Assembly: GCA_965209155.1 (NCBI GenBank)
Contig: OZ242383.1
Location: forward strand, 832,001 to 896,000
Direction of reading: 5' to 3'
Length of the DNA stretch: 64,000 nt
Source: a bacterium
Lineage (GTDB): Bacteria; SAR324; NAC60-12
In this document: piece by piece, positions 37,739 to 47,836 of the stretch
How positions within the stretch are numbered: position 1 is the stretch's first letter
How the letters are laid out: every line of letters begins with the position of its first letter
Notes under the pieces: generated by a model
Told to the model about the DNA's origin: nothing
Databases searched by the model: none
What the model saw: the letters and a program-made list of their open reading frames with translations, nothing else
Made by a program: the position numbers and the translations under genes

Positions 37739-38626
37739 TCATTCTGTGAGCATGGCAGCACCGTACACTCCACTGGAATCTCCCAACTTATTTTGCACGA
37801 TGGGAATGGTAAACTCGGGATGGAACGATTTTTTATTGGCAGCAGTCGCTCCCTCAGTGTAGAGGATCGGTAAATTGGAAACGCCTCCTCCCAATATAAT
37901 GATACTGGGATCAAAAATAGTAATCAGGTTGCTTATTCCGTCTGCAAAGTCAGAAATCAAATTTTGGATCACTTTTTGGGCAAAGGGGCTCTCTCTTTCT
38001 TCGTATTGCCGATAAATTTCAGGTAACGCGCATACTTGGCCGCTGATCTCTTTATAATTTCGTTCAATGCCAGTTCCTGAAAGATAGTTTTCCATACAAC
38101 CCATTCGTCCACACCAACAGGGGATGCCATTGGACTTTAGCGTAAAATGTCCCCACTCACTGGCACCTCCATTCGCACCTTTCCAGAGTTTACCGGAATA
38201 AACCGCACCACCTCCGACACCAGACCCCATGATGATTCCCAGAACCGTCTCATATCCCTGACCTGCTCCAATTAAGGCTTCGCTCAGAGCAAAACAGTTT
38301 GCGTCGTTTTCGATGTAAACCTGGTGATCAACCAGTGATTCAAGATCTGCTTGCAAAGGCTGGCCATTGAGACATTGCGTGTTGGAGCGAACTATTTTGC
38401 CAGTTGAAGGGGAGATTAAGCCGGGGATTCCCATTCCTATGATTGTTTCTTCCCGGCATAACCGCAAGAACTCTTTGATAAGGCCGGCAATTTGACGCAA
38501 CAATCTCTCGTAACCCTCATGTTGCTTGGTAGGAACCCGTTTGCGCTCGACAACGTCCAAAATGTTGTTCCGACTGAGAATGATTTCTATTTTAGTGCCT
38601 CCTAAATCCACTGCAATGTGATTCAT
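37739..38626 (-). CDS. ROK-family sugar kinase (Mak/fructokinase-like)
   Basis: DLGGTKIE, ENDANCFALSE, EWGH, CWCGRMGCME and GGGVS. Confidence 0.93.
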   Translation of the reverse strand: MNHIAVDLGGTKIEIILSRNNILDVVERKRVPTKQHEGYERLLRQIAGLIKEFLRLCREETIIGMGIPGLISPSTGKIVRSNTQCLNGQPLQADLESLVDHQVYIENDANCFALSEALIGAGQGYETVLGIIMGSGVGGGAVYSGKLWKGANGGASEWGHFTLKSNGIPCWCGRMGCMENYLSGTGIERNYKEISGQVCALPEIYRQYEERESPFAQKVIQNLISDFADGISNLITIFDPSIIILGGGVSNLPILYTEGATAANKKSFHPEFTIPIVQNKLGDSSGVYGAAMLTE

Positions 38627-38769
38627 GGTTTATCTTGTCCTTTTATGTGGAAGCTATCATACTTCGCGCGTGGTCTCTCAATCGCGAGAATTGTATAACA
38701 GTCTCCTGTGTGTTTCCAAATAAATATTGTCAGTCTTCAAGTTTTCAAATTCATAATTAAGGATGATTT

Positions 38770-41397
38770 ATGGGTTTATCGGTTCCCGTCAGTTGGCTCA
38801 ATGATTACGTGACGACTTGCGATCCCAATGCTCTGGCAGAACGTCTGACATTGGCCGGGTTGGAAATCGAATCGGTCGAAATGATCGGGGAGCATTGGAA
38901 CGAAAATCAATTTCTCGTCGCCGAAATTCTGGAGGTCTTGCCACATCCCAATGCAGACCAGCTTTCCCTGGTAACAGTCCATTGTGGGTCAACTACTCCT
39001 TTGCAGGTCGTTTGTGGAGCGCCTAATGTGAGGTGTTATGAAAATAAGGCAATTCCCAGACCTCTCAAGGCAGCTTTGGCTTTACCAGGCGCCGTACTGG
39101 TGGATGCTCATGGAGCAGGTGAAAAAACTTTCAATCTCAAAGCAAGCAAAATTCGTGGCGTGCTTTCCGAAGGCGTTCTCTGTTCGGAAAAAGAACTGGG
39201 GCTCAGTCAAGACCATGGAGGCGTGATGTTGATTCCAGAAGCTAACATTCCTGTTGGTACGTCTTTGAAAAATTGCCTGGCAGATACTATTTTGCATTTC
39301 GATATCAAAGGAGGATTCAGCCATTTGATGGCGATATTCGGCATTGCCCGAGAAGTAGCTGCCTTGACGGAGAACCCCCTCAAACAGGAGAGTCTGAAGA
39401 AGCTTTTCGCACAAACAACCGAAATTGCTGAATGTCCCCCTTTTGTGAAACTGGAAATTGAAAATCCTGAACTTTGCGCACGATATTCAGGGCTATTGAT
39501 CGAGGGAGTACAAGTAGGCCCTTCCCCCTTTTGGATTCGACAGCGGTTGAAGAGAGCGGGGATGCGCCCGATCAACAATATTGTGGATATCACAAATTAC
39601 GTGATGCTGGAAATGGGACAACCTCTCCATGCGTTTGATTTTGATTTGTTGAAAATTCGCGCGGACGGGGGACAACCATTGATCCGAGTGCGATGCGCTC
39701 AATCAGGTGAACGCATGACGACCCTGGATGGGGTGGAACACGAATTCGATGACCAGATGTTACTCATCACCGATACCAAAGGTCCGGTTGCTATTGCCGG
39801 TGTGATGGGAGGAGCCGAGACAGAAGTTTCTGCTGACACCAAAAGGATCTTGCTGGAATCAGCAAATTTTGAATTTTTAAACAATCGTCGAACCTGTCAA
39901 GTTTTGAAATTACGTACGGAGGCCAGCGAACGATTCGGTAAGCGACTCGACCCGGAATTAACGCTGAACGCTGCAAAACGCGCAGCAGAACTGATGGAAG
40001 AATATGCAGGGGGATTACTCAATAAAACTCATGGGGATCTTTATCCTAAAAAAGCAGAATCGATTGAGATTGAACTGGATCCTCTCTACGTGAACCGTTT
40101 ACTCGGAGTCGACTTGTCGCCTGAGGGAATCGTGGAAATATTGAAAAGACTGGAATTTCAGGTGGTTGCGCAAAAGAGTTCCCACTCGATCGATCAAAAA
40201 ATACCGTGTAAAGGATTGAAAGTCACAGTGCCGAGTCACCGCATGGATATCAGGCTTGCTGCAGATTTGGTGGAGGAAGTGGCCAGGATTTATGGTTACA
40301 ATAACATGCCTGGTACGCTGATGGATGATGCCCTGCCCAAGACTCAATTGTCCGCTTCGCAACGCGATGTCCAATTGTCAGGTATAGAGAAAATTCAGGA
40401 TATTTTGGTGGAGACGGGATTGGACGAAATCATTACTTATTCGATCATCGACCTGCAGGATGTGGCCCGCCTGCTTCCGGACAGTCAAGTGGATTCTTCA
40501 CGTTTTCTTGGTTTGCAAAATCCTCTATCTGCGGAAAGAACACACTTGCGACAATCGCTCATTCCCGGTGCTTTGACGACGGCACGGAGAAATATACGAT
40601 TCCAAGACCGTGTGGCTGTTTTTGAAATAGGCAATATATTCCAACCCCGTGAAGGAGAACTTCTACCTGATGAAATTCCATATTTGACTATCTTGATGAC
40701 TGGAAAACGCTTCCCCACTTCGTGGTTGGACGGGGCAGTGAACCAGAGCGAGCGCGAGGAAAAATTGGATTTCTATGACCTGAAAGGAGTTTTGGTCACT
40801 TTATTGGAGGGTCTGCATATCCAGCAGGCCAGCTGGCAAAATAAAATTGGTGAGAGTTCCCACCCGATTAATTTTAAGACAAATTGGGAGGTTTATCATC
40901 CAGGACGCCGGGCTGTCATTATGGTACAGGGGAAGGGCTCCCAAGCGAGCGGCCGAAAGACACCATGGGAAGTTCTCGGACATATGGGAGAGATTCACCC
41001 TGGAGTGGTTCGTCATTTTGGATTACCAGAGCAACCTGTTTGTATTGCTGAATTTGCGCTGAAATCGCTTTTAAACCACTGGAATCAAGTTCATTTGATG
41101 ACCGAACTACCCATCTACGCCCCAATTTATGAAGATTTAGCCTTTGTGGTGGATGAATCCATACCGGCTGGAAGAGTTGAATCTCTCATCTTGCAAACAG
41201 GACGTCCACTCTTAGAGAAAGTACAACTCTTTGATATTTTTCGGGGAATGCGAGTTGGCAATAACAAAAAAAGTCTGGCCTTCGCTTTAACCTACCAAGC
41301 ACTGGACCGCACATTGACGGATGAAGATGTGGCACCCATCCGAGAAGAAATCATCCGACAACTCAAACAAGAGTTGAATGCGGAATTAAGGGTTTAA
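38770..41397 (+). CDS. pheT: Phenylalanine--tRNA ligase beta subunit
   Basis: HPNADQL, VCGAPN, INNIVDITNYV, GQPLHAFD, DLVEEVARIYGY and C-terminal FDX-ACB domain (DLAFVV...KKSLAF). Confidence 0.97.
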   Translation: MGLSVPVSWLNDYVTTCDPNALAERLTLAGLEIESVEMIGEHWNENQFLVAEILEVLPHPNADQLSLVTVHCGSTTPLQVVCGAPNVRCYENKAIPRPLKAALALPGAVLVDAHGAGEKTFNLKASKIRGVLSEGVLCSEKELGLSQDHGGVMLIPEANIPVGTSLKNCLADTILHFDIKGGFSHLMAIFGIAREVAALTENPLKQESLKKLFAQTTEIAECPPFVKLEIENPELCARYSGLLIEGVQVGPSPFWIRQRLKRAGMRPINNIVDITNYVMLEMGQPLHAFDFDLLKIRADGGQPLIRVRCAQSGERMTTLDGVEHEFDDQMLLITDTKGPVAIAGVMGGAETEVSADTKRILLESANFEFLNNRRTCQVLKLRTEASERFGKRLDPELTLNAAKRAAELMEEYAGGLLNKTHGDLYPKKAESIEIELDPLYVNRLLGVDLSPEGIVEILKRLEFQVVAQKSSHSIDQKIPCKGLKVTVPSHRMDIRLAADLVEEVARIYGYNNMPGTLMDDALPKTQLSASQRDVQLSGIEKIQDILVETGLDEIITYSIIDLQDVARLLPDSQVDSSRFLGLQNPLSAERTHLRQSLIPGALTTARRNIRFQDRVAVFEIGNIFQPREGELLPDEIPYLTILMTGKRFPTSWLDGAVNQSEREEKLDFYDLKGVLVTLLEGLHIQQASWQNKIGESSHPINFKTNWEVYHPGRRAVIMVQGKGSQASGRKTPWEVLGHMGEIHPGVVRHFGLPEQPVCIAEFALKSLLNHWNQVHLMTELPIYAPIYEDLAFVVDESIPAGRVESLILQTGRPLLEKVQLFDIFRGMRVGNNKKSLAFALTYQALDRTLTDEDVAPIREEIIRQLKQELNAELRV

Positions 41398-41551
41398 GGG
41401 TTTGGTTTGATAATGATTCAATGATATCCTTTTTCACGACAATCTCTTTAAAAGGGTTGTTTTTTTATGAAAATTAATTATTATCATAACCCTTGGAGAC
41501 TGTCTGGTTTACATAGTTACTAAGTGGTAATTCACGGTATGGAGTAAATCT

Positions 41552-42223
41552 ATGAAAATAATTCTTGCAGGTGCCGAGTATGTCGGTACCACCACATTCG
41601 CCAATGCGATCAACGACTGGAAATTGGGAACCATGGGGGAAGGATTTCCAATCATTCATGACCATTTCAAGATTCCGCATACATCCGGGCACCCGGACGA
41701 TACCACACCGGAGGAACAGCAACAGATCCTGGCAATGACGCCAAAATTGTTGGAGATGTACACACGTTACAGTATTTATTATCATATTATGCATTACCAA
41801 CAGCCTGACGACCTGACTGTGGGGTTGCACATCGAAGAGGCTGTTTATGCTTCGTTGTATTTCAACTATGGGCATCCTGACGAATTTTTTAGCCGCGAAA
41901 CAATGCCGGGACGTGTTGAGGAAGCAATCAAATTGTTGACGGATGATCCGGTTGTTGTGGTACACATGACAGCCAAGCCTGATGTGATCAGACAACGAAT
42001 GAGGAAGGGCCCCCATGAGAATGCGGTACTGCAAGAGAAGGACATTGAATTGGTTCTCGAAAAGTTCGAACAGGGGGTGGCAAAATCCAACCTGGGGCCA
42101 AAATTACGCATTGATACAAGCGATGATTCCGTAGAGGATTGCGTAAAGATATTCGCGTCTCAAATTGAACCGCACCTGACGACGCACGATCGGGAACGAA
42201 TCGCATTACATCAAGGTCGGTAG
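41552..42223 (+). CDS. P-loop (nucleoside monophosphate kinase-like) protein
   Basis: MKIILAGAEYVGTTT Walker-A-like start, HMTAKPDVIRQRM lid-like segment and RIDTS. Confidence 0.7.
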   Translation: MKIILAGAEYVGTTTFANAINDWKLGTMGEGFPIIHDHFKIPHTSGHPDDTTPEEQQQILAMTPKLLEMYTRYSIYYHIMHYQQPDDLTVGLHIEEAVYASLYFNYGHPDEFFSRETMPGRVEEAIKLLTDDPVVVVHMTAKPDVIRQRMRKGPHENAVLQEKDIELVLEKFEQGVAKSNLGPKLRIDTSDDSVEDCVKIFASQIEPHLTTHDRERIALHQGR

Positions 42224-42334
42224 TCGCGAGAAGTCTGAAAAATTTTAATGCATATCGAAGCGGATTGCCCGCATCGCTGTACCTGCCCAGAAGAAACAAA
42301 AGGGTTCCTCCCCACTGAACGCCAAAAGCACAAA

Positions 42335-43624
42335 ATGGACTTTCCGAAAGAGATTTCGAACCTGACGATTCTGCAGATCGGATCAGGCCCATGGCAAACA
42401 ACTTCTGAAATTGGAAGTGGCTCGTCAATCCTTCATGAAAACTTACATAATTACTTGCAGACACTGGCTGGTAAAGCATACTCTGCCTATCAGTGTGCCG
42501 AACGTCATCAACATTTCACAACGCCACTACCCAATGTCTTTGTCTCACCAACACCGGCAGTCAAGAACGACGGAAAAGAATGCCCCTTCCCGTGCGTGTA
42601 TGACCCTCTACCCGACTCCGATGCCATTTACTTTGATCTCAATCCAATCAACCAGGCTCGCTGTTTAAGCGGTGTGAAAAATTTCATAGAGGTATCTCTC
42701 GAGCGTGTCCGTTCAGCAACTGGGGGCTATCCCGACGTAATCTACGTTCATCATGCTTCCTTCAACGCTCTTGCCTTAATCGATGTGATGGAGGTGAATA
42801 AAATCGCCATACCCTTTTGCACTCACGTGCACGGAACGGAACTGAAGGCTGCTGAGTTGTACGGCCAAAGCGCCCAACAGGCTCTCAGCCGCGTCATCGA
42901 TGCCTCAGCGCAAACAATGTACATATCTACTGACAACAAAGACCGACTTCTCTCTCTCGTTCCAGATGTAGACGAGGGTCGACTTGCGTACTTACCTCCA
43001 TGGCTCAATGAAGACTTGTTCTTCGCTAACTCAGACGCAACATCAGCTGATCCACCCAAGGTTGTACTGGTGAGCCGTCTATCAGAGTGGAAACGCATAG
43101 AAGCGTTGATTCTGGCTGGAGAGCGTTTCATCCCCGAGGAAGAGGCGACAATAGAAATAATCGGAGATGGCCCGGATAGAGAACGATTGGAGAGCATGGC
43201 CAGGGAATCCTCCATAACAGAATCAATAACCTTTCACGGATTTTGGGATCACAACGCCTTGGCAACATACCTGCGCAATGAAGCGAGCTTAGTGGTCAAC
43301 ACGTCACCACTCGAACCCTTTGGGCTCACCGTCATTGAGGCCATGGCTTGTGGCGTTCCCGTTATCGCCACGAACCGAGGGGGTCCTGCCGATGTGCTTT
43401 CGCCCGCAGTTGGAGCACTCATCGACGACAGCGAATCGTTAGAGGAGTATGCCGGACGATTAGCTGCCACTGTTTCACAGGCCCTTCGAGAGGATTGGCG
43501 AACAACCAAAGGCGCAACCTGCGCTAACGAAGCAAAGCAATACGGGATTCACAGTCGGGAAGAGCAGTTCATCGATGTCCTGACAAAGACAATAATATTC
43601 GGTCATGGACGGTCCCATGATTGA
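42335..43624 (+). CDS. Glycosyltransferase family 4 (GT-B)
   Basis: HVHGTE, VSRLSEWKR, IIGDGP and EPFGLTVIEAMACGVPVIATNRGG. Start is uncertain (42248 or 42335). Confidence 0.9.
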   Translation: MDFPKEISNLTILQIGSGPWQTTSEIGSGSSILHENLHNYLQTLAGKAYSAYQCAERHQHFTTPLPNVFVSPTPAVKNDGKECPFPCVYDPLPDSDAIYFDLNPINQARCLSGVKNFIEVSLERVRSATGGYPDVIYVHHASFNALALIDVMEVNKIAIPFCTHVHGTELKAAELYGQSAQQALSRVIDASAQTMYISTDNKDRLLSLVPDVDEGRLAYLPPWLNEDLFFANSDATSADPPKVVLVSRLSEWKRIEALILAGERFIPEEEATIEIIGDGPDRERLESMARESSITESITFHGFWDHNALATYLRNEASLVVNTSPLEPFGLTVIEAMACGVPVIATNRGGPADVLSPAVGALIDDSESLEEYAGRLAATVSQALREDWRTTKGATCANEAKQYGIHSREEQFIDVLTKTIIFGHGRSHD

Positions 43625-43649
43625 GAACATGCCGGCCAAAGCCTCTGGT

Positions 43650-43999
43650 CGAGAAACGATGTTTAATCATGTCGGAGAAGAATTCGAAAGCGCTCCTTCC
43701 CTCGCCGCTATCATCCGCTATGAGTTGGAAGACTCCCGTGACTGGGGTGACTTTTCGCTGGGCCGGTACGCCGACGCGGGCATCCCGTCAGATGGAGCTT
43801 GTTTTTATGATGCGCAAAGGGGCCTTTAAACCTCGGGGGCCCCTTGTCTGAAATCAAGCATTTCCGCTTTGCCCAACGGTGAAACGTTCCAGACCACCCA
43901 CCCCGTCAAGAATCCTGATAAAAAATTAATATAGGCTCACTGAATTTTGCCTTTACAAACCTGTTCCCAGGTGCTATCGTTTTAAGTAATTTTTGATTT
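43650..43999 (+). mobile_element. Second IS91/ISCR-family remnant (transposase C-terminus plus oriIS-like end)
   Basis: NHVGEEFESAPSL...YADAGIPSDGACFYDAQ aligns with KHLGEDTQRAPPL...YYEDYMPLDEIYFADEQ of the first remnant. 43943-43999 is nearly identical to the reverse complement of about 2882-2938. Confidence 0.7.
43952..43980 (+). promoter_or_regulatory. Putative outward promoter of the IS91 end
   Basis: TTTACA (43952-43957), 17-nt spacer, TGC-TATCGT (43975-43980). Confidence 0.5.
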
Positions 44000-44027
44000 A
44001 CTTACTAAGTATGAATTAAGGAGAAAA

Positions 44028-44648
44028 ATGGATATTTCTGTTGAAAAAGGAAAAGAATTTGTGGTGGATGGCGAAAGAATCCATGCCAACAATATGAAAA
44101 TTCGTGACAATGGTATGTTGGAATTTTTTCGTGTTGAAGAAGAGTCACTTGGAACCGTCAGTAAAATTATGGTGGCTCAAGTGAGAAAATGGAATCGATG
44201 GCAAATCGTAAAAGAATTAAGAATTGCAGAGACCTCCGACGAAAGACCAAGGAAAGAGACAGTCGATGCGTCAAATTTGGCGAATTCGGAACAGGCTCCG
44301 GAAAAACCGAAAACTCCAGTCCTCAAAAAAACCGCTAAGCCCGACATGCAGGATGCACTGGGTGAAGTTGATATGATAAGTGAGACCAAGACTTTCACCG
44401 ATGCCAAAATCCTCAATGCAATCCGCAAGGTATTACGTTCTCCTGCAAGCCGTGATTGGGAAGGAAAACAGTTGCGTATTTCTGAGATTCTTATGGAGGC
44501 CGGTTTGATTACGTACAAACGACAAGCCACTCCTTTCGTATCGAAACACCGGTCGACCGTCGAACTTGTGAAGAAAGCCGGATTCATACGGAAGCAGGTC
44601 GAGAAAGGGAAATATCCGAAGTACGTTTACATTATTGAAGTGAAGTGA
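44028..44648 (+). CDS. Hypothetical protein (two domains joined by a charged linker; basic C-domain)
   Basis: TAAGGAG RBS, 206 aa; no family recognised. Confidence 0.75.
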   Translation: MDISVEKGKEFVVDGERIHANNMKIRDNGMLEFFRVEEESLGTVSKIMVAQVRKWNRWQIVKELRIAETSDERPRKETVDASNLANSEQAPEKPKTPVLKKTAKPDMQDALGEVDMISETKTFTDAKILNAIRKVLRSPASRDWEGKQLRISEILMEAGLITYKRQATPFVSKHRSTVELVKKAGFIRKQVEKGKYPKYVYIIEVK

Positions 44649-44660
44649 TGATCATTTTTT

Positions 44661-44678
44661 GTAATTTTTGATTTTCCT
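44661..44678 (+). repeat. oriIS-like 18-mer GTAATTTTTGATTTTCCT
   Basis: Exact reverse complement of 2878-2895; variant copies at 43986-43999 and 2835-2853. Confidence 0.7.
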
Positions 44679-44692
44679 GTCACCCCAAAAGG

Positions 44693-45667
44693 ATGCAGAG
44701 TTCCATGAGACAAACATCAATAACTCCCATCGAAAATAAAGTATTTGGCGCCGTGGTCACGAATGTTAATCTGAAGCACCTCAGAGAGGCTGAATTTTCG
44801 GAGATTAAGGCTGCATTCCTGAAGTTTGGTTTCCTGGTGTTTCCTGACCAGTTTTTAACGGACGAAGCAAGCATTCATTTCGGAGAACGGTTTGGCGAGT
44901 TGGAGTTTGGCGCAAATTCCTTTGCTAATCAGCAAAAAAATGAAGATGGGTCCTATGGCGAGATTCTTGATCTGAATACGCAACGCATGAGAACCAATGT
45001 GGGCAACGAGTTCTGGCATACGGATTCGACTTACAAGCCTGTGAGCAGCAAGTGCGCTATCCTGTCCGCAGTGGCAGTGACGGAGGAAGGAGGTGAAACC
45101 GAACTGGTCGACATGCGCGCGAGTTATGCTGCTCTCGATGAGGCCACCAAAGCGCGCATCCGAGATCTGAACGCCTACCACTCCACCCAATACTCTCAGG
45201 CGAATGACGTGGGCGACTTCCCGCCACAAGAAGAGGACGGAATCTATCACGGCCAAGCTTACCTGCGGCCCTTGATCAAAATCCATCCGGAGACCGGCGT
45301 CAAGAACCTGTTTATCGGCCGACATGCCTTTGGCATACCTGGCCTGACTCGAACGGAAAGCCGGGAGCTGTTGCAATCCCTGCTGGACTTCGCCGTTTCG
45401 GATCCAAGCCGGGTTTATACTCACAAATGGCGAGTGGGGGACACGCTACTCTGGGACAACCGGGCTCTCCTGCATCGTGCCAAACCCTACGACTATCGCA
45501 AAGCCCGCGTCATGATCGCAACACGAGTCGCCGGTGACGTTGCCACAGAACTCGCTTACTACCCCTCTGACCCGGAAGCTCAGGCCGGCAGGGAAGCGCT
45601 TGCCGCGGAATTGGCTATCCTGCGGAAAGAAACCGTGGAGAAACGGTATGGAGCGACCACTGTATAA
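44693..45667 (+). CDS. TauD/TfdA-family Fe(II)/2-oxoglutarate dioxygenase
   Basis: WHTDST (HxD), GGET, HPETG and WDNRALLHRA. Confidence 0.93.
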   Translation: MQSSMRQTSITPIENKVFGAVVTNVNLKHLREAEFSEIKAAFLKFGFLVFPDQFLTDEASIHFGERFGELEFGANSFANQQKNEDGSYGEILDLNTQRMRTNVGNEFWHTDSTYKPVSSKCAILSAVAVTEEGGETELVDMRASYAALDEATKARIRDLNAYHSTQYSQANDVGDFPPQEEDGIYHGQAYLRPLIKIHPETGVKNLFIGRHAFGIPGLTRTESRELLQSLLDFAVSDPSRVYTHKWRVGDTLLWDNRALLHRAKPYDYRKARVMIATRVAGDVATELAYYPSDPEAQAGREALAAELAILRKETVEKRYGATTV

Positions 45668-46153
45668 CGCCTCAAATTCAATAAAGGTCGTTTGTCAATC
45701 CTCGGAAAATCCCCACTAAATCTCTAACTCAATCTCAGGGAGTCCCTATTCAGTTACTTTGAGGCCGCCCGCGCCACCGGCAGCACGCCCTGGCATATTC
45801 TGATAAAAAAACACCATGCTTTGAAATGTAAGAGATCACCGACATTCAAACCAGATTTTGTAGCCATAAATATGCTGGACAAACTCTAATATTATGGGTT
45901 GAGGAGATATCTGGGATATATTTTCATAACTCAGAATAACGGATTGAAATGATATCGAAAGAGAAGTCTGAAGCAGAATTATTTCAATACTAAGAAGCAT
46001 CTCCTGATATTCACTATTGAATTTATGAGTATTTTTAACAGAAGTCTAAATTACTCACAAGTATTTCAGCTTCATGTCAAAAATTTGAAACATCCCTCGT
46101 TTCATATAATCGCCACTGGAATAAACGCTGGATTGTGGAGCGAACATTCGCTC

Positions 46154-46232
46154 TCGTGGGAGGACATGAAAATAATCCCTGTGAATTTTTTTGTTATTGA
46201 CTGAAGGGGTTCTTGGAGACATGAATAGTTAC
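46154..46232. repeat. Degenerate copy of the IS66-associated end (homologous to the reverse complement of 3509-3599)
   Basis: TCGTGGGAGGACATGAAAA...GTTATTGACTGAAGGGGTTCTTGGAGACATGAATAGTTAC versus TCGTGGGAGGACTTGAAAA...GTTATTTGACTAAACGGGTTTTCAGAGACCTGAATAGTTAC. Confidence 0.75.
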
Positions 46233-46288
46233 GCAATCATAAAGTGCTTGACATTCATTTTTTCTTCAAATATTTATAATGGCACTTA

Positions 46289-46307
46289 AACATGCATGGT
46301 GCATGTT
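46289..46307. promoter_or_regulatory. Putative operator upstream of the sugar ABC operon
   Basis: Perfect inverted repeat AACATGCA-TGG-TGCATGTT just downstream of TATAAT (46275-46280); TTGACA at 46248-46253. Confidence 0.5.
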
Positions 46308-46348
46308 GACGTAGTTTTTTTAATTTCAATCAAAGAAAGAGGATAGAA

Positions 46349-47632
46349 ATGAAAAATAAAAAATTATTATCAACGATATCAATGCTATTTGGTATCTTTT
46401 TAAGCTCATCGGTTTTTGCCCAGACCACCATCACATTTGATGCCTGGATGTGGTCGGAGCCGAATTTCAAGCCTATGGTAGAAGCGGTGGTGGCCGAATT
46501 CGAAAAATTGAATCCGGACATCAAAGTGGAAATGCGCGGTGGGGGTTGGGCAGAAACCCGTCAAAAGTTAATGATGCGGGCCGCGGCTGGAGATGCGGAA
46601 GATGTGATGATGTTGGACACGGACTGGTTTTACTTCCTGGGATCTGCTGGCGTATTGGCAGATCTCCGAGAATTGGCCAGTCAAGAATTTCTTGATGATC
46701 TCTACCCGCAAGCCATTGCTGCAATGGAGGTCGATGGAGAACTCCCTGCAGTTCCGTCTGCGCTGACCCCTTGGGGAATGTGGACCAATCAAGTGCTTAT
46801 GAAGCAGTACAATCTCAAGCCAAATGTGACCTTTGATGACGTCTATGACAACTGTCTTACGCTCAAAGAAGTAGGTGCCGATGCGCAAATTCTTCATCCA
46901 TTTGGTACGTTTCGGCAAACCCCTTTGGATTTCCGCATGTGGGCCTGGTGGAATTTTGGTGTTGAATTGATGGACCCCAAACATCTTGAAGACGGGGAAA
47001 CCGGTTACGATGTTCCTGGTACGAAAAAAATGTATGAGTGGCTCAGGAAGATGAACAATGATGGTTGTTTTGTACAGTATGGGGGTGATGGTAGAAATGC
47101 CCTTTCTCACTTTGAAACCGTTCTCCTCAATGACGGACCCTACTACCTGGGAATTGGACGAAACTCCAACCCGGAAATGCTCGGTGGGGATAAAATCTAT
47201 GACGTGTTCACGGTAGAAGCCATTCCTGTCCTGGAAGAAGGGCAAACACCCAGGACTCAAGGTGTCGGGCATGCCATGGCCATTTCCGCGCAGTCGGACC
47301 ACCAGGAAGAAGCCATGCGGTTTGTGGAATTCTGGGTCAGTCATGACAAAGCCATTGACCTGTATACCACCCCGATGGGAGCCGTTACTCCCAGTATCAA
47401 AGGACAGCAAAAGCGTATGGTCGCAGGCGGTGATTATGATAATCCTGTCAAACGCGGTTATATCGAAAATGTTATGCCCGGCATGACCTTTGTTCCGTAT
47501 ACGGACAATTGGACGGCAGCCGGCAAAATCACCTTTGATGCCTGGGGTAAAGTGGTTTTGACGGATGAGCCGATTGACGACATTATCAAGAATACGGAAT
47601 CGACCCTGAGAGTCATTTTGGATCTTGACTAA
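46349..47632 (+). CDS. Carbohydrate ABC transporter substrate-binding protein
   Basis: Signal peptide, EFEKLNPDIKVE, DVMMLD and AISAQSDHQEEAMRFVEFW. Confidence 0.9.
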   Translation: MKNKKLLSTISMLFGIFLSSSVFAQTTITFDAWMWSEPNFKPMVEAVVAEFEKLNPDIKVEMRGGGWAETRQKLMMRAAAGDAEDVMMLDTDWFYFLGSAGVLADLRELASQEFLDDLYPQAIAAMEVDGELPAVPSALTPWGMWTNQVLMKQYNLKPNVTFDDVYDNCLTLKEVGADAQILHPFGTFRQTPLDFRMWAWWNFGVELMDPKHLEDGETGYDVPGTKKMYEWLRKMNNDGCFVQYGGDGRNALSHFETVLLNDGPYYLGIGRNSNPEMLGGDKIYDVFTVEAIPVLEEGQTPRTQGVGHAMAISAQSDHQEEAMRFVEFWVSHDKAIDLYTTPMGAVTPSIKGQQKRMVAGGDYDNPVKRGYIENVMPGMTFVPYTDNWTAAGKITFDAWGKVVLTDEPIDDIIKNTESTLRVILDLD

Positions 47633-47640
47633 TACCCTGT

Positions 47641-47678
47641 TGCCTGGGGGACCGCATTGCCTTTCCCCAGGCATTTTT
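47641..47678 (+). terminator. Stem-loop/terminator after the SBP gene
   Basis: TGCCTGGGG...CCCCAGGCA followed by TTTTT. Confidence 0.6.
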
Positions 47679-47836
47679 ATTTGGCCTCTCCTCTGCCAGC
47701 TCAAACTCTTCCTATCATATTCGATACGATCAAGCCAATGGCAAAGGGTGTGAATTTAATAAAGCGTATAAATCTTAAGGTACGAATGCAATGAGTTTAC
47801 TGTCCACTAAACCATGAAAATTTGTCGAGCGAGAAG

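Noticed and set aside
38770..41397. PheT longer than usual and not preceded by pheS
   Set aside because: Small loop insertions and split pheS/pheT are known in several lineages; not distinctive without alignments.
45742..46232. Non-autonomous IS66-derived MITE between GTCCCTATTCAG and TGAATAGTTAC
   Set aside because: The left end matches only 10/12 and there is no TSD.
46568..47704. 378-aa minus-strand ORF
   Set aside because: Antisense to the SBP gene with shadow-type composition.
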